From Thermoplasmatota archaeon (lineage in GTDB: Archaea; Thermoplasmatota; JAKEGO01), in the NCBI GenBank assembly GCA_028279595.1, contig JANQNK010000008.1, positions 1-64,000 of the forward strand: DNA of 64,000 bases, written 5' to 3'. Position 1 is the first letter of the stretch; every line of letters starts with the position of its first letter. The notes under the pieces are model-generated. The model saw only the letters and a program-made list of their open reading frames with translations, had not been told where the DNA came from and ran no database searches. Below, piece after piece: positions 20,030 through 30,071 of this stretch. The position numbers and the translations under genes are program-made.

Positions 20030-20056
20030 GCTTGTAGAGGTCCCTTCAGAACAGTA

Positions 20057-21196
20057 TCATTCTATCTCGGGGATCCTGCAGTCTATCAGGTAGGGAGAGC
20101 CGAAGTCGGTCATTTCGCCAGCGTGCTTGCCGGGTACTGGCAGCAGCCTCGCAGACAACGGCTTGTTCAATTTCACGGCAAGGGATGCCAGGTCGACCAG
20201 GATACCGTAGATCTGGTCCTCCGTGACATCCCCGGGGAGAGGGACGGCGTCGAGCCCTATCCCGCAGACCGTCGAGTACATGAGCAGGTCCTTGATGGAG
20301 AAGTATCCCCTGTTGAACCGCTCGACAAGACCGGCGTCCTCGGTAAGCGGGAGCATCAGGCCCGAGTATCCCGTTGTCCGGACGTCCAGGCCCTTGATGA
20401 CGCTGGTGACGAGGGCGGCGATGGAAACGGTCCCGTATCCGCCGAATTCCCCCATACCCAGCTTCTCGAAGGCGTAAGCGACGCTCTCGTTCTGGGCAAG
20501 GCCAGGCGCTGTCGAGGCGTCGATGCCGTTGAACCGGATGCCCTCGGAGGCTTCGAGTTCGAATCCGATCTCCTCCAGCGGCCTCAGGGACCGCTCGAAC
20601 TCCATACGGAGATGTCCCGCGGCGTCATCCAGGCCGTTGGCCCGGGCGAACGATCTGAAGACAAGGTCGCCGCACTCGAGCCCTATCATGAAGCAGGGCT
20701 CGCCCGAATGATAGCTGGCAGGGAAGAAGGGAATGTCGGGCTGGCAGTTGGCCAGGGCGCCGAACCTGAAGTTCCCGATGCCCTTCCCGGTGGCCTTGGA
20801 GATGTCAATGAACGCCCTCGACGCCCTGACGCAGGCATCGTGGTCGATGCCGTCCGCGTCCGCGATCGCGGCGGCCGCCGAGACCCGTGTGGTCCTCGAG
20901 ACGATGCCGGGTACGGCATCGATGGACTCACCAGACACCGGACCGATGCTGATGAACGGCACGTCCATCTCGGCGCACGAGGACTCGATGGAATCCACCG
21001 CCTGCGTCAACTCCGCTGGGCCCATGTGACCGAGGTAGTCGGTCCAGGGCTGGGTCGATATCCTGGCTGTCTGGACCTCGTAACCAGCAGACGTGTAGGC
21101 CTCGGTCGCCTTCCGGTTGAAGACGGCGGCATCCTCGAGGGTAGGGTAGAAGTCGGACTCGAAGGTCCTACCCGAGGTTATGGTACGGATCCTCAT
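20057..21196 (-). CDS. DUF711 (UPF0210, PFL-like) family protein
   Basis: MRIRTIT, PFFPASYH, GYSGLMLPL.ED, YSTVCGIGLDAVPLPG, KPLSARLLP. Confidence 0.82.
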   Translation of the reverse strand: MRIRTITSGRTFESDFYPTLEDAAVFNRKATEAYTSAGYEVQTARISTQPWTDYLGHMGPAELTQAVDSIESSCAEMDVPFISIGPVSGESIDAVPGIVSRTTRVSAAAAIADADGIDHDACVRASRAFIDISKATGKGIGNFRFGALANCQPDIPFFPASYHSGEPCFMIGLECGDLVFRSFARANGLDDAAGHLRMEFERSLRPLEEIGFELEASEGIRFNGIDASTAPGLAQNESVAYAFEKLGMGEFGGYGTVSIAALVTSVIKGLDVRTTGYSGLMLPLTEDAGLVERFNRGYFSIKDLLMYSTVCGIGLDAVPLPGDVTEDQIYGILVDLASLAVKLNKPLSARLLPVPGKHAGEMTDFGSPYLIDCRIPEIE

Positions 21197-21240
21197 CACT
21201 TCGGGATTCCGGAGGCCTGATAAATACCCTTCTCCCGGAT

Positions 21241-21786
21241 TCACAGGACGGCGTGCATCACGATTATCGCCATCAGCAGCAGTGCCACCAGCCAGCTGAC
21301 ATGGTACATCCTGTTGGATCGCATGTCGCCGACCCAGGGGGCTCCGCTCCTCATTCCCAATCCTGTGAGCCCGTATCCCAGCAGAACGGCCATCGCAATG
21401 ATGGTCGACCTGCCGCAGTCTCCCTCGATCGCGCCGTGGATGAGAACGGACATGATCCCGACGATCCCGAAGACGGGATGAAAGGGCCGGAGTATGACGT
21501 CGTTCAGGGTTTGGAAGATGCTGGCCGGAGGTCCCTCATCCTCGGAGGTATCGACATCCTCGTTACTCTCCACCGGCGGGAGCCCCCTGTGCTCCCGCGA
21601 CCACGGCCTCGTGTCGAGTCTCAACAGTCTGAGAATGAACGGCAGTAGAGCAAGGAAGAGGAAGAAGGCCGCTCCGAACCGGAACACGTCCTTGTTGACG
21701 CCGTCGGCGCTGGCCGTGGGAAGGAACACCAGTGTGACCAGTAGAACGTAATAGAACAAATGGATCGTCCGGCCGCTCGTTCTCAT
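21241..21786 (-). CDS. Membrane protein with intramembrane histidines
   Basis: Several TMs with HP.FG..IHG and YH...MH, resembling heme-b ligand spacing; start uncertain. Confidence 0.6.
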   Translation of the reverse strand: MRTSGRTIHLFYYVLLVTLVFLPTASADGVNKDVFRFGAAFFLFLALLPFILRLLRLDTRPWSREHRGLPPVESNEDVDTSEDEGPPASIFQTLNDVILRPFHPVFGIVGIMSVLIHGAIEGDCGRSTIIAMAVLLGYGLTGLGMRSGAPWVGDMRSNRMYHVSWLVALLLMAIIVMHAVL

Positions 21787-21826
21787 CAAGGCTGCAATAA
21801 TGCGCCTGGATATTAAATCCTGTCGT

Positions 21827-22309
21827 TCACATGAACCGCTCGAACCGGTCACGGTCCGCCTTGCACACCGGACATTTCGCCGGCGGTTTCTCGCGGGCGC
21901 AGAGGTATCCGCAGACCCTGCATCTCCAGACAGGCTGGCTCAGCCCGCTGGAAGATCCAGGAACGGCCTCGGTTGCGGCCTTTCCCGGTCCGCCAACAGG
22001 CCTTCTCTCGGGTATGGGTTCGGGCTCCTTCTCACCTCTGAGTATGTCGTCATCAACATAGAGGGCGCAGTAACAGGCGCCATACTCCTCGAGGTCGGGA
22101 TCGCGATAATCGCACGGACAGATGATGTCGAGGTCCTCCTCTCTTACGCCTGAGAACAGCCTGCAGGGACACGCCATGTAGCCAAGGCGCTCCTCGTTCA
22201 TCAGAAGGCCCTCGACGAGCTCCTTCGTGAACTCGACGTCGGGATTGAGATTGTAGCCCCCGTCCTCGGCCTCCCTCTTCAACCGTTCGTAGGTACCGTC
22301 TATGTCCAT
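21827..22309 (-). CDS. Ferredoxin:thioredoxin/disulfide reductase catalytic subunit with C-terminal rubredoxin-like domain
   Basis: CPCR, CPC, CYCALY; WRCRVCGY...PPAKCPVC. Confidence 0.9.
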   Translation of the reverse strand: MDIDGTYERLKREAEDGGYNLNPDVEFTKELVEGLLMNEERLGYMACPCRLFSGVREEDLDIICPCDYRDPDLEEYGACYCALYVDDDILRGEKEPEPIPERRPVGGPGKAATEAVPGSSSGLSQPVWRCRVCGYLCAREKPPAKCPVCKADRDRFERFM

Positions 22310-22320
22310 GCGGCACTCAC

Positions 22321-22611
22321 CTATTCTGGCGGGTAGCCGAGATTCTCCCTGATCTGGTCCGCCTTGAAGCCCACGACACACTGATCGTTATTGATAACGA
22401 GAGTAGGGAACGAGCATGCTGGATTGTATTCCATGACCTTCTCGCGGACGGCCTGCTTCTCGTCGCCCTCAAGGTGGTCGACGTAAATGAAGTCGTAGGC
22501 CACACCGAGGTTGTCCAGCAACCGCTTGGTCTTTTTGCACCAGACGCATGTGCTCAGTGCATAGAGCATGACATTGCCCCTGTCCTCTCCATCGATATGT
22601 TCTATGTTCAT
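22321..22611 (-). CDS. Glutaredoxin-like protein
   Basis: [15 protein letters not shown]; adjacent to the FTR-like gene. Confidence 0.88.
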   Translation of the reverse strand: MNIEHIDGEDRGNVMLYALSTCVWCKKTKRLLDNLGVAYDFIYVDHLEGDEKQAVREKVMEYNPACSFPTLVINNDQCVVGFKADQIRENLGYPPE

Positions 22612-22743
22612 CGTGATTCCTCCTTCGTTCGAGCGTCAGCGGGTAGTGTCCCCCACACTCCGTAAGGGTCATTCATAGACCCCCATTTTAGGATTGCCCT
22701 TAAAAGGCAACCTTTTTATCCTAATAACGCGAGGGAAAGTTCG

Positions 22744-23658
22744 ATGGGGACCGCGAACATATACGTAGACCGCGTCACCAAGTACTACGGAAGGGTCCGT
22801 GCCCTGGATAACGTGTCGCTCTCGATAGAGGAGGGCCAGATCTTTGGGATCTTCGGCCCCAACGGAGCGGGCAAGTCCACACTCTTCAGGACCATTTCGG
22901 GACTCACCAGACCGAACTACGGCGAGGTGTTCGTACGCGGGGCCCCGGTCTCCCTCAACTACACCCGCGTCAGACGCCACGTGAGCCAGCTTCTCGAGCT
23001 TCCGGAGGTCTACGACTACATGACGCTCTGGGAGTACCTGAGGTTCTTCGCCAGGATGGGCAAGGTGGAGCCGCGCCTGATCGACGGGCTCGTCTGGGAC
23101 TGGATCATGAACATCGGCATGATCGACCAGGCCCACCAGCCGATCAGGGGGTTCTCCATCGGCCAGAGGCAGAGGATGGAGATCGCCAGGGCGTTCCTGA
23201 CCAATGCCAAGATAGTCCTACTCGACGAACCGTTCATAGCCCTCGACATCGCCATTACGGAGAGGCTTCACCGCTACTTCGACGACTGGGTGCGGGAGGG
23301 TCGCCTGATAGTCATCACATCCCACAATCTCGATGCAGCACTGAAGTTCGTGGACGAGTTCGCGATCCTCAGCAGGGGGAGGGTGGTAGACCGTGTCTCC
23401 ATGACGGACCAGCACGAGGTCCTGATAACCGTGAGGACGGACGACGCCGCCGGCACCGCCGTGACCCTGGAAGGGATCGAGAACGTGGTCATCCAGTCCG
23501 TCGGGGCTACGGACGTCAAGGTCCAGTGCGGCCAGGAGACCGTCCCGGAGATGGTCAAGAGGCTCGTCGAGGACGGGGCGGTGATCTACGAGGTCAGGGA
23601 GGAGAACCTGATCGAAGCACTTTACAGGAGGGCTCTTAAGAATGCTAGACGTAGATAG
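22744..23658 (+). CDS. ABC transporter ATP-binding protein
   Basis: GPNGAGKST, FSIGQRQR, LLDEP, SH. Confidence 0.92.
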   Translation: MGTANIYVDRVTKYYGRVRALDNVSLSIEEGQIFGIFGPNGAGKSTLFRTISGLTRPNYGEVFVRGAPVSLNYTRVRRHVSQLLELPEVYDYMTLWEYLRFFARMGKVEPRLIDGLVWDWIMNIGMIDQAHQPIRGFSIGQRQRMEIARAFLTNAKIVLLDEPFIALDIAITERLHRYFDDWVREGRLIVITSHNLDAALKFVDEFAILSRGRVVDRVSMTDQHEVLITVRTDDAAGTAVTLEGIENVVIQSVGATDVKVQCGQETVPEMVKRLVEDGAVIYEVREENLIEALYRRALKNARRR

Positions 23659-24460
23659 GGTCGTCCTGAACTTCCAGAAGGACCTGACGGCGGCGAAGAA
23701 CTGGTTCATCCTGCTGATCGTGTTCGGGTTCATGCTGATGATGGTCTCCTGGATCGCCATGGCGGGAAGCTCGGAGCCTCTTGTCAGGCAGAGTGACATC
23801 CCATGGATGATCGTGGGAGCCCACGCCTACATTGCTATCATATGCTCGGTCTCTTTCCTCGCCGGAGCGAACATCGCGTACTACTCGGAGATCCAGGGCA
23901 AGACGTTGAAGACGATGTCCCTCTACGACCTCTCCCTCAACGATATATCGATAATGAAGATATTCAGCGCCAGCGGACTCGGGGTGATGTTCGCGTACAT
24001 CTTCGTGAACATTACGTTCCTTCCGTTCATGTGGCTCGGGGGTTTCCATGCATTCAGGATGGTGCAGGCGGTCCTGTTCGCGACCTGCTTCTGCTTCATC
24101 CTCTTGACGGTGGCCGCGGTCTATCTGATGCACCTGATCGTCGCCTTCGCACCATTAGTGAACTTCAGGCCGGCGGCGCTCCACGCGTTCCTGATGTACC
24201 TGTCGTTCTTCATGACCGAGACCTTCTTCAGGATGGTCGCCGGCTGGAGCGACCTGCATTTCAGCTCGACCAGCCCGCCGCTATGGGCGTTCGGGATGTA
24301 TCTGTCGCCGGTACACCTAAGCGGAAGGATGGCCGGTGCGATGCTAGGCATAACTTCGATGGACGCCACTGCAGCGGTGATCCCGCTGGTATTGATTGCG
24401 ATATTCGTGTTCGGCTTCTTCGGGACCGAGGAGAAGAGGCTTGAGATCTTCCTGAGATGA
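23642..24460 (+). CDS. ABC-2-type permease
   Basis: About 6 TMs; overlaps the ATPase gene. Confidence 0.75.
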   Translation: MLDVDRVVLNFQKDLTAAKNWFILLIVFGFMLMMVSWIAMAGSSEPLVRQSDIPWMIVGAHAYIAIICSVSFLAGANIAYYSEIQGKTLKTMSLYDLSLNDISIMKIFSASGLGVMFAYIFVNITFLPFMWLGGFHAFRMVQAVLFATCFCFILLTVAAVYLMHLIVAFAPLVNFRPAALHAFLMYLSFFMTETFFRMVAGWSDLHFSSTSPPLWAFGMYLSPVHLSGRMAGAMLGITSMDATAAVIPLVLIAIFVFGFFGTEEKRLEIFLR

Positions 24461-25018
24461 TCAGCCGTCGTATCTGTCGTGGAACGTGAACTCCTCAACG
24501 TCAAGTCTACGCGGCCGCTCCTTCTCGTTCTGGACCTGTTTCTCGGATAGCAAGGGACTGAGCTCTGGAGCCTTCTTCCCGACGATGACAAGGGTGATCA
24601 CCTTGGCGCCATCTGGGATGGCAAGTATCTCCCTGACCCGGCTCTGGCTGAACCCCGCGATCGGATGGGCGACGAACCCGAGCTCCGTGAACCGTAGAAT
24701 CATGAAGGCGGTGGCCATCCCGGTGTCGAACAGATAGTACTCCCTGTCCTTGATCACGCAGTCGTCGTCCTTCTCGGAGAACACGGCCACGATCATCGAA
24801 GCGGCCGTGGCCCATTCGTTCCCGCGGCCCAGAGCGGTGAACATCTCCTCCAATACGGCAGGGTCGCGAACGAAGACATATCGCCATGGCTGCTGATTGA
24901 AACACGAGGGGGTGATCCGGACGCTCTCGATGACCTCCGAGAGGACCTCGTCCGTTATCGGAACGGGATCCAGGGACCTGAAGGCTCGCCTGGAATCGAT
25001 GGCCTCCTTTACGTCCAT
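24461..25018 (-). CDS. Nitroreductase family protein
   Basis: SRRAFR, TPSCFNQQPW, FDTGMA. Confidence 0.9.
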   Translation of the reverse strand: MDVKEAIDSRRAFRSLDPVPITDEVLSEVIESVRITPSCFNQQPWRYVFVRDPAVLEEMFTALGRGNEWATAASMIVAVFSEKDDDCVIKDREYYLFDTGMATAFMILRFTELGFVAHPIAGFSQSRVREILAIPDGAKVITLVIVGKKAPELSPLLSEKQVQNEKERPRRLDVEEFTFHDRYDG

Positions 25019-25019
25019 G

Positions 25020-25496
25020 TCATCCTCTCTTCTCGGCAAGGACCGTCTTGACCGCATCGACATGGCCCTTCACCTTCACATTGGGCCACACGTGGGCGAT
25101 CTTCCCGTCGGGATCGATCAGGAAGGTCGACCTGACGACGCCCAGGGAGGTCTTGCCGTACAACTTCTTCTCTCGCCATGCGCCGTACTTCTGGAGGATC
25201 TCCCGCTTCGTGTCGCTTAGCAGCTGTATCTTGAGGGCATGCTTCACGATGAAGCGCTCATGGCTGCCGATGGAGTCAGGACTTACGCCTATCACTTCGG
25301 CGTTCATTCCCCTGAACTCGGCGAGTTCCTCGGAGAACTGGCATGCCTCCTTCGTACAGCCGGGGGTGTCGTCCTTGGGATAGAAGTAGAGAACGACCCA
25401 CTTTCCGCTGTAATCGGTCAAACAGATGTCCTTCGCGTCCTGGTCGTGGACGCAGAAGTCCGGCGCTGCAGCTCCCACCTCGGGTATACCTGTCAT
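25020..25496 (-). CDS. bcp: Peroxiredoxin Bcp/PrxQ
   Basis: YFYPKDDTPGCTKEAC, RSTFLID. Confidence 0.93.
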   Translation of the reverse strand: MTGIPEVGAAAPDFCVHDQDAKDICLTDYSGKWVVLYFYPKDDTPGCTKEACQFSEELAEFRGMNAEVIGVSPDSIGSHERFIVKHALKIQLLSDTKREILQKYGAWREKKLYGKTSLGVVRSTFLIDPDGKIAHVWPNVKVKGHVDAVKTVLAEKRG

Positions 25497-25544
25497 TGCA
25501 TCACCTGGTACCGCATCGGTCTGCGGTCCTTATAGGGTTGTCGC

Positions 25545-26117
25545 TCACCAGTTGGTGGAACGGACCTCGAAGTAGGCCTGGGGATGCTGGCACGCGGGGC
25601 AGATCTCGGGCGCTGTGGGTCCCTCGTGGATGTAACCGCAGTTTCGGCACTTCCAGGCGACCGGCTGTCCCTTCGAGAACACCGCTTCGGTCTCGATGTT
25701 GGCCGCGAGCGCCAGATAACGCTCCTCGTGGGCAGCCTCGACACTGGCGATGTTCCTGTAGGCCGCCGCGACCTCCGGGAATCCCTCCTCATCCGCGATG
25801 TCCGCGAACTGCGGGTAGAGCAGGGTGTGCTCCTCGTTCTCACCGGCCGCTGCGGCCTTGAGGTTCTCCACTGTCGTGCCGATGACTCCGGCCGGATACT
25901 CGGCCGTGATCTCGACCATGCCGCCCTCGAGGAATCGGAAGAAGCGCTTGGCGTGCTGCTCCTCGTTCATTGCGGTCTCCTGGAAGACCTCCATTATCTG
26001 CTCGAATCCCTCCTTCTTCGCCTGTTTTGCGAAAAAGGTGTACCTGTTCCTGGCCTGCGACTCGCCGGCGAAGGACGCCAGCAGGTTCTTCTCGGTCCTA
26101 GTTCCCTTGATGCTCAA
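25545..26117 (-). CDS. rbr: Rubrerythrin
   Basis: AFAGES-like SFAGESQARNRY, EEQH, EAAHE, WKCRNCGY...CPAC. Confidence 0.95.
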   Translation of the reverse strand: MSIKGTRTEKNLLASFAGESQARNRYTFFAKQAKKEGFEQIMEVFQETAMNEEQHAKRFFRFLEGGMVEITAEYPAGVIGTTVENLKAAAAGENEEHTLLYPQFADIADEEGFPEVAAAYRNIASVEAAHEERYLALAANIETEAVFSKGQPVAWKCRNCGYIHEGPTAPEICPACQHPQAYFEVRSTNW

Positions 26118-26129
26118 ATCGAATCACCT

Positions 26130-26306
26130 CTATTTCGGCTCCCAGAAGCAGCGCTTCGGAGAGACCACCTTGTCCTCTTTCTTGAGTGTCTGTATCAGCT
26201 TCGAGACCTCGGCCTTCTCTATGCCCGTGGCGTCGGCCACCTCTCCCGGTCTCACCGGCTTGCCGATATCCCGCATCGCTTCCAGAACCTTCTCCTTGTC
26301 TTCCAT
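26130..26306 (-). CDS. Small winged-helix protein
   Basis: VLEAM...PVRPGEVADATG.EK.EVSK.I..LK...V.SPKRCFW. Confidence 0.75.
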   Translation of the reverse strand: MEDKEKVLEAMRDIGKPVRPGEVADATGIEKAEVSKLIQTLKKEDKVVSPKRCFWEPK

Positions 26307-26320
26307 TTCCATTTCACCTC

Positions 26321-26932
26321 TCAACTCTTTGACTTGAATGCCTCGCTTCCCAGTTCGAACGCCTTAAGATTGACGTCTACAGCCTTCGGCGGGACGGTCG
26401 AGGTCATGGCCTCCACCACCGCGTCCCTGTCGAGCGGGAATCCCTCCGAGGCTGCGAGGGCGCCCACCATCACGACGTTCACTGTGAGCGGATTGCCCGC
26501 TTCGTTCGCGATCTCGAGTGCGTCGATCTCCACGACCTCCGCCTCCTCCTTGATCGTTCCGATGACCTCCTCGTACGAGATGTACCTCTCGATCCTCCCG
26601 TTCACGAGGTCCTCGCTCTCACCCGGCGGGTGGGTCAACTCGGTGTTCGTGATGACCAGGCCCCCTGGCTTGAGGAAGTACAGGTAACGCAGTGCCTCCA
26701 TGGGCTCGAGTGCGACGATGACGTCGGCCTCCCCGAACGGGATGAGCGGTGAGACAGCACCATCGCCGATCCTCTGGTGGATGACGATGGAGCCGCTCCT
26801 CTGGGAAAGACCGTGAAGTTCGCCGGACCGGACCTCCTTGCCCGTAAGGGCGCAGGCCTCGCCGAGGATGTTGCTCATCCTCACGACGCCCTGGCCTCCG
26901 ACACCGGCGTTGATGATGCTGAACGGTTTCAT
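26321..26932 (-). CDS. iorB: Indolepyruvate:ferredoxin oxidoreductase beta subunit
   Basis: GVGGQG, ELHGLSQRSGS, EPMEALR; ATGA overlap with iorA. Confidence 0.9.
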   Translation of the reverse strand: MKPFSIINAGVGGQGVVRMSNILGEACALTGKEVRSGELHGLSQRSGSIVIHQRIGDGAVSPLIPFGEADVIVALEPMEALRYLYFLKPGGLVITNTELTHPPGESEDLVNGRIERYISYEEVIGTIKEEAEVVEIDALEIANEAGNPLTVNVVMVGALAASEGFPLDRDAVVEAMTSTVPPKAVDVNLKAFELGSEAFKSKS

Positions 26933-28932
26933 TCGTCCACCTCCGTGGCCCGTACGAGCTCCTCGTAGTCGGACACCTCGATGTAGGCCCTGTTCTCGCC
27001 TCCCTTGAGTGTCGCCGTCGAGATTATCGCCTGCTTTCCGCAGAGCTTGGAACAGACGCCGCATCCGACGCATATCTCGGGAGCGATCCGTGCCTTGCCG
27101 TCCTCGGGGTCGATGGAGATGGCTGGACACATGAAGTCCTTGACGCAGTTGTACATCCTGTCGCACTTCTCCTTGTCGACGAAGAACGGCACGTGCTTGC
27201 CGCCCGCCCTCCTGTAGTTCCTGAAGTGGTACAGCGCACATTCCTGGCGCGATATGATGGCCGAGACACCCTCGTGGTCCACGGCCTCCCTGATGAGCTT
27301 GATGTTCTTTCCTATGTCGTAGGAGTCGATATTGACTATCTTCTCGACGCCCAGGCCCCTGAGCATCCCTTCGATGTCGATACCCTTCCCGGGCGTATGG
27401 CCGGCGACCTCCGGTGCGGCGGGATTGGACTGCTGTCCCGTCATTGCGGTCACCGAGTTGTCCATGATGAAGAGCGTGATGTCGTCGTCGTTGTGGACCG
27501 CGTTGGCGATCCCGGTCAGACCTGCGTGGAACGTCGTGGAGTCGCCCATCATCGCGATGACCTTCTCCTTGGCGACGTACTGGACCCCGGCCGCGATACC
27601 CATGGAGGCGCCCATGGCTATCATTGAGTCGCTCCAGTTCACGGGTTCGAGGCAGGCCATGGAGTAGCATCCGATATCGTTGGCGTAGAAGACCTCGTCC
27701 TGTCCGCCAACTGCCCTCCTGAACGATGTGAAAGTAGCCCTGTGGGGACATCCCGCGCAGAACACGGGAAGTCTGGGCGGAAGGATGGACGCCTTTTCGG
27801 TCATCCTCTCGAAATGGGCCATGTGGTCGAAGGGCGGTTCCTTGCCGACGGCGTCCGCTATGACCTTGATGACTATGGGGACGTTGTACTCGAGCATCTC
27901 GCTGAAATGGCCGGACCTCTTCCCTACGATCTCGATCGACGGATTGGTGTCCTTCGCGATCATCGTGACGGTGTTCTCGATGTACGGGAACAGCTCCTCG
28001 ACGACGATGACCTTGTCGAGCCCCGATATGAACTCCGCGATGAGTTCCTCTGGCAGGGGGTTGAGCACTCCAAGCTTCAGCACAGCGGCCTCCTGCTCAA
28101 GGTCCATGAGGCTCTCGAGCGCGTACCTGTAGCAGACGCCCGATGAGATCACCCCGACCTTCGGGAGACCATCGGTGCCATCGACCTGCGTGAGTTCCTT
28201 CCCGTTGAAATGTTCGGTCCTGTTCAGGTCGGATCTGCCCAGCTCCGCCTTCAATCGGTCCATCTTCTCAAGCAGTTCCGCCTTTGCCGCCCGGGCCGCG
28301 GAGCCAACGGTCCTGAACGAGTGCCTGTTCTCCTTCCAGGATATCCTCTCGAACGGCGTCCTCTCCATCGGACCGAGCCTGACGATCCCGCTCTGGTGGT
28401 TGACCCTTGTCGTCGTCCGGATCAGGACCATCGTCCTGTACTTCTCCGAAAGTTCGAAGGAGAGGCGGACCATGTCGGCCATCTCCTGAGGGTCGGAGGG
28501 TTCGAGCATCGGAAGGTAGGCAGTGTAGCCGAACCAGCGTCCGTCCTGTTCCGATTGGGAGGAATGACAGTACGGATCGTCCGCTATCAGCACGACGCAG
28601 CCGCCCTTGACGCCCGTGTAGGCGAGGGAATAAAGCGAGTCGGAAGCGACGTTGGTCCCGACGCTCTTCATGGACGTCAACGACCGCATCCCGACAAAGG
28701 ATGCGCCGGCGACCGTCTCCAGCGCGACCTTCTCGTTCGTGGCGATCTCCATCCGGAGGTCGTCGAACTGAGGAAGGACCTTCTCGAACGTGTCCAGTAC
28801 CTCCGTCTGGGGGGAGCCTGGATAGAACGACACCACCTTGACGTCCGACTCGAGCGCCGCCCTGACGACGGCTTCGTTCGTAAGCAGATAGGCGTCCTTC
28901 TCCTCCTTCTCGATCACGTCCTTGAAGGCCAT
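26929..28932 (-). CDS. iorA: Indolepyruvate:ferredoxin oxidoreductase alpha subunit
   Basis: YPGSP, NEKVALE, SSQSEQD, FCAGCPHR, DIGCY, GDST TPP motif, C-terminal ferredoxin. Confidence 0.92.
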   Translation of the reverse strand: MAFKDVIEKEEKDAYLLTNEAVVRAALESDVKVVSFYPGSPQTEVLDTFEKVLPQFDDLRMEIATNEKVALETVAGASFVGMRSLTSMKSVGTNVASDSLYSLAYTGVKGGCVVLIADDPYCHSSQSEQDGRWFGYTAYLPMLEPSDPQEMADMVRLSFELSEKYRTMVLIRTTTRVNHQSGIVRLGPMERTPFERISWKENRHSFRTVGSAARAAKAELLEKMDRLKAELGRSDLNRTEHFNGKELTQVDGTDGLPKVGVISSGVCYRYALESLMDLEQEAAVLKLGVLNPLPEELIAEFISGLDKVIVVEELFPYIENTVTMIAKDTNPSIEIVGKRSGHFSEMLEYNVPIVIKVIADAVGKEPPFDHMAHFERMTEKASILPPRLPVFCAGCPHRATFTSFRRAVGGQDEVFYANDIGCYSMACLEPVNWSDSMIAMGASMGIAAGVQYVAKEKVIAMMGDSTTFHAGLTGIANAVHNDDDITLFIMDNSVTAMTGQQSNPAAPEVAGHTPGKGIDIEGMLRGLGVEKIVNIDSYDIGKNIKLIREAVDHEGVSAIISRQECALYHFRNYRRAGGKHVPFFVDKEKCDRMYNCVKDFMCPAISIDPEDGKARIAPEICVGCGVCSKLCGKQAIISTATLKGGENRAYIEVSDYEELVRATEVDE

Positions 28933-28941
28933 TGTTCCACC

Positions 28942-29436
28942 TCACGGTCCAACGTGCATCATGCCCCACTCGACGTCGAAGTCCTCGAAGCGCTCGGCGT
29001 TCTCGCGCTCGCGCTTGAGGATGTCGTAGTGGAGCTTCTCCATCTCTGCGAAGTACTCCAGCATCTCACGGTGCTCGGACCCCGCATCGAACTTGAGGGC
29101 GAAGCTTGAGTAGAAATCGGCCGCAGCGGTCTCGGCCGCCATGGCGTCCGACAGCACCTCGCTGATCGCCACGCTCTCGTCAGGTATCCTGACCGTGGGC
29201 ATCGGGACCGGGGTCACGTCGGGGAGATGGAGGTCGCCGTCCGGAACGAGGTCCAGGTAGAGCGATTCAAGATAGGCCTGGTGCTTCCTCTCCTCACCGG
29301 CCAGGAACCTGAGCCTGTCCTTCAGCACGGCGTTCCTGACCCTCTGGGCCAACAGGTCGTAGACGTCCCTCGCGTCGACCTCGGCCTTGACGGCCGAGAC
29401 GACTATCTCCTCGATGGAGTACTTTGATAGTTCCAT
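28942..29436 (-). CDS. Ferritin-like/rubrerythrin diiron protein
   Basis: KAE..Y, EERKH, AAE...FY, MEKLH. Confidence 0.85.
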   Translation of the reverse strand: MELSKYSIEEIVVSAVKAEVDARDVYDLLAQRVRNAVLKDRLRFLAGEERKHQAYLESLYLDLVPDGDLHLPDVTPVPMPTVRIPDESVAISEVLSDAMAAETAAADFYSSFALKFDAGSEHREMLEYFAEMEKLHYDILKRERENAERFEDFDVEWGMMHVGP

Positions 29437-29447
29437 TCGTTCACCCT

Positions 29448-30011
29448 CTACATCTTCCCGACGAGGTCGTCGGCGGGTCTGACGGTCTCAGCTCCGGGCC
29501 TCCAGCCGGCCGGGCATTGGATCCCGGGATTCTCCCTCACGTGTTTTGCGGCCTGTACCTGGCGTAGTATCTCCAGGGCGCTCCGTCCGATGTCGTTGTC
29601 GTGCATCGACATGGCCTTGAGCTTTCCGTCCGGATCTATAATGAAGGTCGCCCTCCACGATAGGCCCTTGTCCTCTATGTAAGTGCCGAAAGCCTTGCAT
29701 ATCTTGCCTGTCGGGTCTGCCAGCATGGGGAACTGGACGAGCCCGACCGCCGGGGATGAATCGTGCCATGCGAGGTGGGAGAACGCGGTGTCGGTGCTGA
29801 TCGCAACGACCTCCGCATCGCTCTCCTGGAACTGGTCGTACGTCTGGGCCAGCTCCTGTAGTTCGGTCGGACACACGAACGTGAAGTCCGCCGGGTAGAA
29901 CGCCATCACAAGCCACTTTCCCCTGAAGTCTGACAGTTTAATGTCCACTATCGCGTTCCCGTGGAACGCCTTCGTCTCGAAGTCAGGGATCTCCTCGTTC
30001 ATCGCTACCAT
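29448..30011 (-). CDS. ahpC: Peroxiredoxin AhpC (2-Cys)
   Basis: FYPADFTFVCPTE, QCPAGW; ATG 30011 with GGAGGAG RBS. Confidence 0.92.
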   Translation of the reverse strand: MVAMNEEIPDFETKAFHGNAIVDIKLSDFRGKWLVMAFYPADFTFVCPTELQELAQTYDQFQESDAEVVAISTDTAFSHLAWHDSSPAVGLVQFPMLADPTGKICKAFGTYIEDKGLSWRATFIIDPDGKLKAMSMHDNDIGRSALEILRQVQAAKHVRENPGIQCPAGWRPGAETVRPADDLVGKM

Positions 30012-30071
30012 ATCTCTCTCCTCCTTCGGAATATCCTCATCTGGGTCTGCGTCTGCCCCCTGCACTCGTGC

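Noticed and set aside
26933-27751. Apparent 476-aa IorB
   Set aside because: The extension is an off-frame read inside iorA; IorB motifs begin at ATG 26932
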